From Epithemia pelagica (taxonomy: Eukaryota > Protista > Bacillariophyta), in the NCBI GenBank assembly GCA_946965045.2, contig OX337232.1, positions 1,922,001-1,986,000 on the forward strand: a stretch of 64,000 bases of DNA, given 5' to 3'. Below the pieces are notes generated by a model that was given only the letters and a program-made list of their open reading frames with translations, was not told where the DNA came from and ran no database searches. Every line of letters begins with the position of its first letter. Positions within the stretch are counted from its first letter, which is position 1. Made by a program: the position numbers and the translations under genes. Below, piece after piece: positions 31,311-44,033 of this stretch.

Positions 31311-32636
31311 ATGATCTATTCCAAGTACCTAGAGGCAGAGGCAATGGAAGAAGAAGGTGACAAAGAAGACTTCCTTCACTTACTCAAGCTGATAGAATTT
31401 TATTCCCTTGCCAAGAAGCACCGAAGAAGCAGAAGCCCAATCCCTCGGTCCCAAACTCCTAAGGTTGAACAACTCAAGTGGTCGACCTTTGTGAGAGCCC
31501 AAATGGCAAGCGACCCAAAAGACTTTGAGAAGAGCATCAGAATGCCTTTAGAGGCTTTTGAAGCTCTTCATGAAATTCTTAAAGAGTCTCTGAACAAAAA
31601 TGAAGAAATGGGGGCTTTACGTGGTGGTGCAATCGCTTCGGAATTACGACTGTACTTGACAGTCCGATACCTTGGTGGTGGTGCAATGCATGACATTTGA
31701 CGGATTTTTGATATAAAAAGGTCCACCTCCTACCATATAGTCCGCGACGTCTGCCGAGCCATAGTCCAGTGTGATAAGTTGGGGTTTAGCTTCCCAAGAA
31801 CAGAGGAGGATTGCCAAAAGGCTGCCCTTGGTTTTTGAAGCATCTCTTTCGATGAAGCAATCATCAACTGCGTTGCTGTTGTCGATGGATATTTACTTCA
31901 CATTGAACAACCTAGCAAGAGAATTGCAGGCAATCAACGTCAATATTATTCCGGTCATTATAGAAAATTTGGCATCAACATACAAGCCGCGTGTGATCAT
32001 AATTCACAATTTATCTACTTTGCTCTTGCTGGACCTGGTAGCCAAAATGACAAGGTGGCCATTGACCAATGCTCATTGGGTCCCTTAATTGACACTTTAC
32101 CCGAAGGATATTGTGCTATTGGTGATGCTGCATACTATCCTACCGAACGGTTGGCACCTATTTACTATGGCGTCAACCGGGACGACCCTCTACACGACAA
32201 CTTCAACTTTTTTGCCTCTCAGCTGCGAATCAGAATTGAGATGGCGTTTGGTCTCATGCAGATGAAATGGAGGTTCCTGCAGCAGGCACGCCAACCAACA
32301 AAGAATCTTCCTATGTATGTAATGGCCATAGCCCGGCTGCACAACTATGTTGTTAAGTACCGGTTGGAGCAAGGCAGCACACTTACTGAAATGATGAATG
32401 AAGATCACGGACAAGATGGTGAGAGTGGACAAACACCCGTACTACCATCACAACCTGTGGATGATAATGGCAACCCTATGCTCTACGATGATATGGGCAA
32501 TGTCGTACGAAGGCCCTTGCCCAAGGGGCATTCCATGACAAGGCATTTGATGGCTGTTCGGATCCAGCAGAAAAACCTAGTCCGTCCTCTGCGCAACACC
32601 ATTCAACGCGATGCCGAAGATCAAGAAGATGAATAG
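31311..32636 (+). pseudogene. Element C HARBI1-like DDE transposase with two in-frame TGA codons (31698, 31836)
   Basis: Motifs FEKSIRM, LRLYLTVRYLGGG, AVVDG, FGINIQAACD, IGDAAY, RIRIEMAFG..KWRFL, ARLHNY, all in one frame. An alternative ATG is at 31224. Confidence 0.9.
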
Positions 32637-32657
32637 AAAATCATTGTTATATAATAA

Positions 32658-33979
32658 TTATAGTCCTAGATCTTTGACAACTTCGTCGATCCTTGTTTGA
32701 AGTCTCATTTTCATGTCCTCATTGTCTGTTTTGCTGAGAGCCACAGTGAGAGTACTGAATTCATTGAGTAATGCAGCTCTCTCCATACGAGTCTCGCGTT
32801 TCTTGGCATTGTCAGCCATCACATCCGTAGCTGAAGATATGGCAGAGGCAATTTTATCGTCTGTTTGAGCTGTGGACATGGAGACAGGAGTTGTAGCTCG
32901 AGACGAAGCTCGAGATGAAGGGCGAGACCACACTTTACTGGAAGAAAGAGGAATATCTGCACTGTCTATAGTCAACGTTGGGGCCAGAGCTGTCGTGAAC
33001 TTGGTGGCAAACTCGGGAACTGCTTCACTTTTGGAAAAGAAGTAGAAGGCAACAAACTGTGTCATAGAGGGCCCCCCTTTGACCTTTGACAGGGCCTGGC
33101 GTGTAAAGTCCCAGGGGTCGCTTGAGTGACTGCCACTTGCATTCATTGCCCTTTGGATGTTCTTTCGTACATTTAAGAGTGCCTTGAACAAGTCCGACAC
33201 CTCTTTTTCATTTACTTTGTAAGTATTCTTTATTGATGGGTCCACTCGGCTCAAGATGGCATCTAGCACGTGGTGGTTGTATGCAGCGTTCACTGCATCA
33301 CTTTCATTGCTTTTTCCAATTTGCCGTACTTGTCGGAAGACTCTATTGCTGCTTCTACTTCTTCGTCAATGATATCATCATTGTCATCGACGAGGCGTTG
33401 GGTGAACGTCGCTGTCGCCTCTACTGCCTTCTTTGCAGGAGAAGAATCAGCTCCATTGACCGCGTCCACGACTTCCTTCCAGAACCTTTGATACTGTGCA
33501 CCACTGCCTGATTCTTGCACATCCCGAGACCTGCTATCGTTGAAGGCCATGAAATCATCAATGAAGTCTCTGTGGAACAACACATTGATGATCCGACATT
33601 GTGTGGAAGGAATTTGTTCCAAAGTTTTGTTAATGCTTGACTGATTGCAACTTGTTTTAAGGATATGGAAGCGAATCTCTGTCTTCGTTAAACTGGCTTT
33701 GGTGATCCCAATCTTCCGCCCTAGCCTCCTTAGTTGATAAGCTGAGAGATCCTTGTCCAGATGTGTCTCATTATTGTCCTTGGCAATGGTACATGCCACT
33801 TCGACTTCTTCATCGTCACCCTCACTGTTCTTGATTATCTTCTTCTCTGTAGTCAGCGTATAGTCTTCCAGGTTCAGAGAGTCTAGTCCCTGTAAATACT
33901 CAGGTAATGGCTTCTCTACTCGCTTGGGCTTCTTCTTAGCAGGGCCATCCTCCTGAGGTGCGGTGGACAACGGCGTCAT
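32658..33979 (-). pseudogene. Element C accessory DNA-binding protein (SAP-like motif plus Myb/SANT-like region), frameshift near 33310
   Basis: Motifs LSAYQLRRLGRKIGI..LTKTEIR and RIINVLF..F..FN..R..FWKEV. One extra A in the A5 run joins ORFs 33290-33979 and 32658-33293 as KYGKLEKSNESDAVNAAYNHH. Confidence 0.7.
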
Positions 33980-34549
33980 GGTGGCAATAATTGTTTGATT
34001 GTTGCGGAGGGGCTAAGAACGTCTTCATGTACTGGGGGGAAATTACACCTAGTAACTAGTAACCACCTAGTAACCATAGACGAAGTGTGAAATTTTTGTG
34101 AAACTGCAATGGGGGGCCTCAAATTGCCTCGTGTGAATTTCACAAAAAATTCACACTCGGCCTGTGCAACGTCAGGACACGTAGGCCAAAAGTGTGAAAT
34201 GTGTGAAATTTCACGCCGATAAGACCAACCCTGATGCTGATGTTCTGTCTTCTAGCTCCAACCAAAGTTGCGCGCTGGCCGTGGCCGTGTGCGCGCTCCG
34301 CGCGTGCTCGTCCATCTGATGTCCGAACATCTGCTCCCGAACTCCTGCCGCGTCACGACGTACGCACGACAGACAAATACTTCCACCATCGTCAATCGTC
34401 ACCGATATCTTCTTCGCTGTGGGCTCCGGGGGACGAAAAATTCCACCGTATTATCTATCGTGGTGGAATTTTTCGTCCCCCGGACCCCGTACGCCCATAA
34501 TATCGCACTGACGACATAGTTGTGTCACACGCTGAAGGGATTCTCCACC

Positions 34550-35215
34550 ATGAAAGGCTCTGTTGCTACCTTTATTTCCTTTTTGTTGACCTCCTCTTGT
34601 GTTGCCTTTGCACCACTTTCGGTGCCAAAGCAACGCACCAATACGGTCTCTCTTGAAGCATCCAAGTCCGAGTTCGGAGCTGGCGTGTTGTCGGCTGTGA
34701 CAGCGGCCTTCCTTGCCGTCAACGTGGCTTCCACGCCCGCTTCGGCAGTCGAATACAACCATGATCTTTTCGATTTTGGTGGATCTTCCAATATCGTTGC
34801 CGCCCGCAGTGGAGGACGCGCAGGAGGTCGTGCTTCTTACGGTGGTGCCCGAAGCAGCAGCTACAGTCGTCCTTCGAGTTCTTACTCGTCTTACCGATCT
34901 TCCACCACCATTGTGGCGCCGCCTCCGTCTCCAACTGTAATTGTGTCGCCCCCCGTCACCTACGGGTATGGATACAATCCTTTGGGGGGATTGGGTGTTG
35001 GATACGCTCTTGGTTCAATGGGAAGCATTGGGAACGACATCCGCGATTATCGTCAAGAATCAGAAATCCAGAGATCTAAGATGGAATTGGAACAATCTCG
35101 CATGAAGGAAGCGGAACTTGAGGCTCGTCTTCGTGGCCTGGAAGCACAACAAGCTGCTCAAAACGCTGCACAACGAGCACCACCACCGCAAGCCCTTCCC
35201 CAAGCGGCAAACTAA
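34550..35215 (+). CDS. Predicted plastid (thylakoid) protein, 221 aa, with ARSGGRAGG motif and C-terminal coiled coil
   Basis: Signal peptide ending SSCVA-FAP, transit-like segment, second hydrophobic segment ending PASA, G/S/Y-rich region, GG-rich hydrophobic helix, coiled coil. Confidence 0.8.
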   Translation: MKGSVATFISFLLTSSCVAFAPLSVPKQRTNTVSLEASKSEFGAGVLSAVTAAFLAVNVASTPASAVEYNHDLFDFGGSSNIVAARSGGRAGGRASYGGARSSSYSRPSSSYSSYRSSTTIVAPPPSPTVIVSPPVTYGYGYNPLGGLGVGYALGSMGSIGNDIRDYRQESEIQRSKMELEQSRMKEAELEARLRGLEAQQAAQNAAQRAPPPQALPQAAN

Positions 35216-36046
35216 ACGCTTTATGGAAAGATCCAACCATTGAGCATTCCCCCGATCATTTGAACTTTTTATTCTGGCGTAGTTTGAGTTTAATCTTAGG
35301 AACAATCCATACATTAGGCATCCGTGGAGTAATCGTTTTCTTTTCAATTGTCTTGGATGCCGATCGTTCGCATGCGTTTGTTAAAATTCTGATCTACAAG
35401 TCAAACTCGATTCGAATTAGAAACTCGATAGGCGCTACGACCTGTTCCATGTCCGTGCCACACTTTGCAGAGAAAAAAGTGCCAAGCAAAGTGAAGGCAA
35501 CAAGCAACGTTGAATCAGAACATATCTTGCACGGCAAATGGATTCATCCTCACCATCATCCTCACAATGCATCTTGTAGGTTATATCAACTCACAACTCA
35601 TTCTCGACTCTGATGAATATGAAGTACTCCAACAGACTCCTACTGCCACTCCTTACTTCTACTCCTAGACGGTAGTAGTGGTACTCTAGCTAGATGATGA
35701 GGAATATCTTCATATACATAGAGGTAGCCCAGGTAGCAGCAGCGGCATCCAATCACGCGCGCGCCGACATTGTCACATGGAAATGGCGCCCAATCCTGCA
35801 AGTAACTGACGCCAACCTGTGCCCCAACAGGCGATTTGTACTCCTCGGCGCCACTATTTCAAACCCTGTTCAAAACAATAGAGGTAGAGCATTGATTGGC
35901 TTTTTCGTCGAGATATATGCAGCGTCAGGTTGTACCAAACCCAAAATATCCTTTCCAAGATCCCACTTCACCACAGCCAACAGCGGCAAATGGTAGAAAG
36001 GCGAAGCTTCCAAGCTCGTTCTTCTGCATCAACAACATCTTTATAG

Positions 36047-37674
<1,628 letters not shown>

Positions 37675-38060
37675 ATACTGCCAAAGGAAATTCATTGGTA
37701 CGCGTAGGGATGGTGAGTGGTGAGCGTTCGATAGAATCGATTATATGAGGGCCGGAGCCAGAGGAATGTGTCTGTTGTTGAAACGACGATATCTAAATAA
37801 TACTACAAGCCTGTGTGGTTCGAAATAAGTAAATCATCTTTCATGTGAACTTTGTTCGTCTTTCCCCTTTAGTCTTGTTCGTCGTCCAAAGGCGAAATTA
37901 CAGTGGAGCAATGTTGTAACTAGCATCACGGTGACAGTTAAGGAAACATCGTGACCTTATTTATATTCAAGATTTATCTGTGGTGGTACAAGCGATTCCT
38001 AGCGATGATGTCCATTTCTTTACTTTCCAGAGACACCTTTCCGTCCAGCAAATCCAAAAT

Positions 38061-38747
38061 TCAGTGAGGGTGTTTGGAAGCAAAGGCATCCACGCGTTCA
38101 GCAAACCGAAGTCCATTGCCATCCTCATACACCCCCAAAGCATTCGTTCGGTTCGCCCATTCGTTTTTGCCCCCTCCTGCAGCCGATTTTTGATCCCTGA
38201 GACAATTCAGACATTCACGAGTTTCAGCAGGCACATACGGGCAGTTATCCATCAAATGGCTCACTGCCAAATTCTGCGCCGCTTGATAAAGTCCGGATAG
38301 CTTTGATGGATAATATGTAGAGCCTCGTGTTCGTTCTGAAGGTGGGAGAAAGTTGCAGTGACGACAGCGAATTCCCACTTGTCCCAAAACAATGGGGTTG
38401 TTGCGTCCTTGGGCATTAGAGTCTACATCAGCCTGAAGAGCTTCGAACAACTCAATATTCTGTCGAACAATCACCTGGTAATCTGAAAAAGTTCCAGGAT
38501 CACACGAGAGATACAACTTGATGGCAGGTCGACCTGTCAAGGGTTGCCGGCTCACCAAGTTGTTATCCGGATGGGCATATGCCTCCTCTCCCGAACTGCT
38601 GCTCCCATGCGATATAGATCGGGTAGAAGTGGACTGATCTGTCACTTCTTCCTCGGTCATAAAGTCTGTCGACATGTCTCCAACCTCGAAATCCCCCAAA
38701 CCTTCCAAGGAGTCCAACAACATCTCAGTTGAATCTCGTTTCACCAT
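38061..38747 (-). CDS. Protein with the diatom-type QGRN..LGQVGIRCxHC domain (putative Zn-binding), 228 aa
   Basis: FSDYQVIVRQNIELFEA, QGRNNPIVLGQVGIRCRHC, YYPSKLSGLYQAAQN..HL..C, GGGK.EW. Family recognised from memory of diatom hypothetical proteins. Confidence 0.75.
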   Translation of the reverse strand: MVKRDSTEMLLDSLEGLGDFEVGDMSTDFMTEEEVTDQSTSTRSISHGSSSSGEEAYAHPDNNLVSRQPLTGRPAIKLYLSCDPGTFSDYQVIVRQNIELFEALQADVDSNAQGRNNPIVLGQVGIRCRHCNFLPPSERTRGSTYYPSKLSGLYQAAQNLAVSHLMDNCPYVPAETRECLNCLRDQKSAAGGGKNEWANRTNALGVYEDGNGLRFAERVDAFASKHPH

Positions 38748-41700
38748 GTTTTACGAGAATCTGTTTCGCAGTTCTGGACACGAAAAAGGAAAAAGTGTCC
38801 GTAGTCCGTACTCGATGCCACACTATCAGGTGCTTTCTGGATTGTTCTGGATGAACAACTTCGAAGATATCCGTGAATCTCCTATGAATAGACGGAGATT
38901 GGAGATAGGACCATCAGCATCGATATGCCCAGGGTGACCGGAGTCTAATTATACCCTCACTTTTAGACCCGGTCTAAAAGGGTATAATTATTTTAGACCG
39001 AGGTCGAGTCTAAAATAAAAGTTTTAGACTATTATCCTTAACCCTTCAGTAGCGCCACCACGATTAACCTTAACCCTTCAGTAGCGCCACCACTGTGTGA
39101 GTATGAGAGCGTTCAGCCTCATTCATCTCAATGCCATCTCAGTCTCAATGAACAAAGCAAGGCCTCAGTTACTATTCTTTCTCATCCTTAGAGACTTCAA
39201 GAACAATGTCATCCATACCGTCCAATAGCTTAGATGATGAAGCTATGGGGTCCTCTGATTGTGATTCATCTTATTCCGATTCCTCGTCACACCAAAACCC
39301 AGAAGAGAGCCATGAAGATTCTGATTCCCCCTCTGATGTCCCTGATGATGAAGAACTACCAGATGACACAGAAGCAGTCGAACAGAGTGAATTGGACCTT
39401 ATCAACCATGAAAGAGAAATTGAAATGAGCCCATATCAAGATCCTGGACTCGGTCGCATGTACAGGGATTTTCGTACAGGAGACCTTCATCACCTTGGAA
39501 AGGAAGACCCAAGTATTCTCCATCGGCCAGATTGCATTTTGGTACCTCCACCACCATCTCAAAACAATAGAAGTACCAATATTGCACCAAAAGAGAAACC
39601 CCACAGAAAATCTAGCTCCCAAAAAGCAAAAAAGTACAGCTCTTCGATTACAAAAAAACAGGAGCTTGAGCTGATTCAAGAGGATTTCACATTTCCTGAT
39701 GGTGTGAAGAAATTTGCAATAAGCAACACAACAGGGCAGAAGACACCTCATTATGTTATGGTCTGCCGGCACTGTGTTGTTGCATTTTCTGAAGCCAAGA
39801 CATCCAATAGAAGGATGAAGCGACCTGAAGCAAAAGGGTACTACAGAAAAACAATGCTCCAACATTTAAAGCATTGTCCTGAATTCAAGAGAAGAGCAGA
39901 AAAGGAGACTGTTTTGGCCATACTGGCACTCTCCGAAGGGAAATCCAGATGTGGAACAGAAATAGTTGTGTCTCGGTCAAGAATTGCCTCTCGGCAAGCA
40001 TCAAAGAATAATTCCAACGCTCCATCACCTGACAACCCCATATCTGAAATAACGGATGAAGCACATCAGTTATCCAATGTCAAGAGTCAATCCAAGCATG
40101 CTACGGGTTCCACCCGAACTCTGGATCATTATTTTTTCCCACCCATGACCAACAGTGAAATAGAAGCTATGCACAAAGAGTGCCTTGAAGCCATAATTGA
40201 CAATGCTCTTCCGTTTCAACTTGTTGACTCACCTTCATTTCGGAAGTTTGTTGATTCCATACGCCCTGGAGTTTCTCAAAACCTACCAGGAAGGACAAAA
40301 TTGTCTTCATCTCTTCTAGATTCTGCCGTATTTACTGCAGAGACATGTATGTCAAGTGAGATGCAAGAACTATATAAAAAAGGGAGACAACCTGGTGTTG
40401 TTGTGGATTCCTTGACGAGCGTTTCAAAACAAGACGTCGAAGCAGTCTGTTTGGTTCTCGGAAACCAATCCTTCCTCATTGATTCATATCCACTTGGGGC
40501 ATGCCACAATGGTGTGGCAGTTGCCAAGTTTTGGGAAGAGACGGTACTTTATGCAGTGAAGAAAATCATGAGTGAGCATCTTGAGCTCCGTGAAGATATC
40601 ACAAAACCCTCGTATTTCCTTTCAGATAATGCGGGTCAATGCAAACGAGCTCGCAACATCTTAGCTCGCCGACACCCTAGCATAGTCTTTGGATTTTGTT
40701 GGGCACATCAGATCAATCTGATGGTACGATGTCTGCTCGAGCGTTCTGAATTCAAGGAGGTACTCACAATGGCATCCAAAGCTGCTGTGGCAGTAACCAA
40801 GTCAAGTTCAAAATGGTACAAACGGCTACGTCTTAAGGCCAAAGAATTGTACGGCCACAATGTTCCTGTCGCCATCCATAATATTGGTGCAACAAGATGG
40901 AATTCCACTCAGGCCTGTTTCGCGTCTCAATTGAGGATTAGAAGTGCCTGTGAAATTCTTGTTACCACGTACAAGAATTGTCAAGGGGAGAAACTTCCAA
41001 GGGAGCTACTGGCATGGGGACAATCAACATTCTGGGTAGATCTTGAAGAGGCGGAACTGTTGATTCGTCCATTTTGCGATGCATCGCATCTAATGCAACG
41101 TGAAGGAAATACCATGGCACATGTTTTACTGACCCTCATGAATCTATACAATGACCTATGCTACTCCTATGGAGGATCAGATTCTCCACGAACCTCTTCA
41201 GGAACAAACATAGCACAAGATATAGAAGATCGATGGGCAGCTGCAGAACAGCCTCTATTTTTCCTTTCCTTTTGTTTACATCCTGAATATCAATCCCTTG
41301 GTACCGCCATTCTTCGCCATTCAACCGACACAAATGGCTCCTACAACAGTGGTAATGCACTTACTGTAGGACGACTACAAATGGCTGCAAGGTTCTACTG
41401 GCAGAAGTTTGTCTTAACAGAGAAGGCCAGAGCATGCGAATGGACAATCGGAGATGGCGAAACCACATCCACGACACTTGACAAGCTTTCAGCAAACCTC
41501 AAGAAATGGCTTAAAAAGGAGAAAATGGTTGGTCTGGACAAATGGGATCGTAAGACCGAGAGTTCTCCATTGGAATACTGGAGACTACAACAGGATGAAT
41601 ATCCAGTGCTCAGTTTCTTTGCCGTGTTTCTTCTTGGTGCTCCAGTGCAGGCAGCAACTGCCGAAAGAGTTTTTAAGCATTTTTCTGGATTCCACACCAA

Positions 41701-42172
41701 AGAACGTAATCAGATGAAGCAATGCACGACAACGAAGCTGACAAAACTGAAGTACCATATACAAATGCAAAGGGAGAGAGTATCCGAAGAGGAAGGACAA
41801 GACCAAAGAAGAAGTTCAAAAATCAAAACTGCAAATCGTATTGTCCGTTGCACAGAGCACCGAAGGAAAGATAACGAAGAGTCAACAGAGGAGCAAGTTG
41901 AGGATGAGTGTAGTCAGAGGAAGAGTGGCATTGCCAACGGCAGTATTGAACAATCTGGAAATGTCAATTTGTCGTCGCATGAAATGAATGATATTGATGA
42001 AGACGATGACCATCTACCCACATCCATTGAAGAAACACTTGATGACTGGAGGGGAAATATTCATCAAGAGGACATAGAGTCCACGGATGATAATGAGTCT
42101 GAAGTGGGTGAAAACCAGGTACCGGAAGACTCTGACATGAATGAAAGCCATAGTGATGGGGGAAAAGAGCTT

Positions 42173-42930
42173 TGTTAGGATTCTCGCCGAAAACTAGGTG
42201 GCGAAACCTACAACTCATCGAATGATGCTAGTATTTTATGGCATCCGATGACATTTTCCTAAAAATGAGAAAAGAATGTCGGCATGCTCGCAAAACTATA
42301 AATTTGGCCACGGCATGCTCGCAGTGCACGCGTTATCGGCGACCGCTCGGATATTAACTATGGCCCAACACGTGCGCGCCCAAAACTATCAAGTGCGCGC
42401 CTCTACTATCCGAGTACCCGCATCCACGATTCGACCTAACGGTCTATGTAATCAAAGCACGAATCACGATCACGCGAGACCATATCTCTGTTCCCACAAA
42501 TCCAAGAATGCAAACAGCAACGCGCCCAGGACAAGACTTATACCACGACAAAGCAAGAGCTGTTGCATCCCATACATGTTATCCATCACCCCATACATTC
42601 AATATACACCAATGCCGGTCTACTCCAACCAGTGAGGACCTATCACACCAGATCCATGGCCGTATACAAGAGCCAGGACTTCGGCACCATCAACCACCTT
42701 AGTTAGTAATCGTCTCACAATCATTAATATCACCATTTTAACACTCATCTTAAGACTAACCTCTTATCAGTGGACCGACTGCCCCCACCCACGGCGGACT
42801 TCGACTTGCAACTCTTCTCTGACCCGTGGAGGATTGTTGTATCGGTTGGTGATTCGATTGTCGGCTCAGCGAGCCTTTTACCTATCCTACCTATCTGTCT
42901 AACCCCTGTTGAATCGAGAGAAGTTTATCA
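42173..42930 (+). repeat. Copia-2 5' LTR
   Basis: TGTTAGG...TTATCA; direct repeat of 49711-50468. Confidence 0.97.
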
Positions 42931-42944
42931 GATTAACAGTCTCA
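42931..42944 (+). promoter_or_regulatory. Copia-2 primer-binding site GATTAACAGTCTCA
   Basis: Abuts the LTR CA; identical to the Copia-1 PBS although the sequence on either side differs. Confidence 0.75.
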
Positions 42945-42968
42945 TCGTTTATTTCCAAGAAGCTTTCG

Positions 42969-43709
42969 ATGTCTCACGACGATTCCAACCTCTCTATTCG
43001 ACACATCTTTCATTCCTTCCAACAAAGCGGGGAGGAACTCCATCCACCCGTGTCCCATCCGGGCGAGCCCTTGATTGAAACTCCGAAACAGACCCCGACT
43101 CAGGCCAGTGCTCCGAATCCCTTCCAGACCCCGGACCAAGTGGTCCAGCCTCCTTCGATTCCGACTCACCCTTCGACTCCGCCTCGCCGTTTGAACCCTA
43201 CTCGCACCCGACGTACGAGCCGTCTTCTTACTGCGCATATCCGACACTTCCGCGAGCCGACTGAGTCGACTACCGACCCCGACGTGATCCGTTCCACAAC
43301 CGAACGCGAGATCGATTTCCAGTCCGTCCAACCCGTGACTGACCTTGAGGACATCCAACGACTTCTCGACCTCTTGTACCAGTGCTCGAGACGCCGTTTC
43401 ATTGTCCAAGCCCTGTTGGGCAACCCTGTGGAACCCATCCGTATTCGATTCATCTCCTTTGAACGTCCAACCAACTACTTCCACACCATCTGGATCGTCA
43501 ACTCGACGACGAATCCGCTACCTACCCCGACTACTCGTCTCGACGAGTACGTCTCCTTTGTTCACGAGATCCATCTCTGCCAGGATTTCCGTGCGACTAT
43601 CTACCCTCTCTTCACTCAACACGTGGACCACTTGTTGGAAGACGACGACGTTGAAGAACTAGGCAGTGACCGATTCCGCATCTCGTCTTCAGTACCGAGC
43701 CGAAAGTGA
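42969..43709 (+). CDS. Copia-2 extra upstream ORF (ORF0), 246 aa
   Basis: Intact ORF homologous to 17693-18472; first internal ATG 38 nt after the LTR end. Confidence 0.8.
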   Translation: MSHDDSNLSIRHIFHSFQQSGEELHPPVSHPGEPLIETPKQTPTQASAPNPFQTPDQVVQPPSIPTHPSTPPRRLNPTRTRRTSRLLTAHIRHFREPTESTTDPDVIRSTTEREIDFQSVQPVTDLEDIQRLLDLLYQCSRRRFIVQALLGNPVEPIRIRFISFERPTNYFHTIWIVNSTTNPLPTPTTRLDEYVSFVHEIHLCQDFRATIYPLFTQHVDHLLEDDDVEELGSDRFRISSSVPSRK

Positions 43710-44033
43710 CCAAGAATAAGTAACTTTACGTAGTTTCTACACCAAACCAGACACAAAACCGAGTTCCGCACATCCGGGTACCCTTGGTCGCACAACACGC
43801 CACACATTCCCGTCAAATCGCGAAAATTCGGCGAAAATTTGTTGAAACTCGGCGAAAATTTGTCGGAATCAACGGAAATTTCCAGGAGTCGCACATCACA
43901 ACACACATCCGGGTATCACATACGTGGTACATACGTGGCACACGTGGTACATCCGGGTTCACATCACATCACACATTAAATAAACCACATCACACCGCAC
44001 ATTAAATAAACATCGAACCAACCAAATAACATC

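Larger units (their letters stand above)
31127..34231. mobile_element. Element C: 3105-bp two-ORF PIF/Harbinger transposon
   Basis: 38-39 bp TIRs GGG[C/T]TGGTCTTATCG..GTGAAATTTCACACATTTCAC (31127-31165 / 34194-34231). TSD TGA at 31124-31126 and 34232-34234. Convergent transposase and accessory gene. Confidence 0.93.

Noticed and set aside
38922-38929. 8-bp TSD GATATGCC for element E
   Set aside because: Formally possible, but it needs a right TIR lacking its terminal G; related element D fits only 7 bp. Kept as an alternative.
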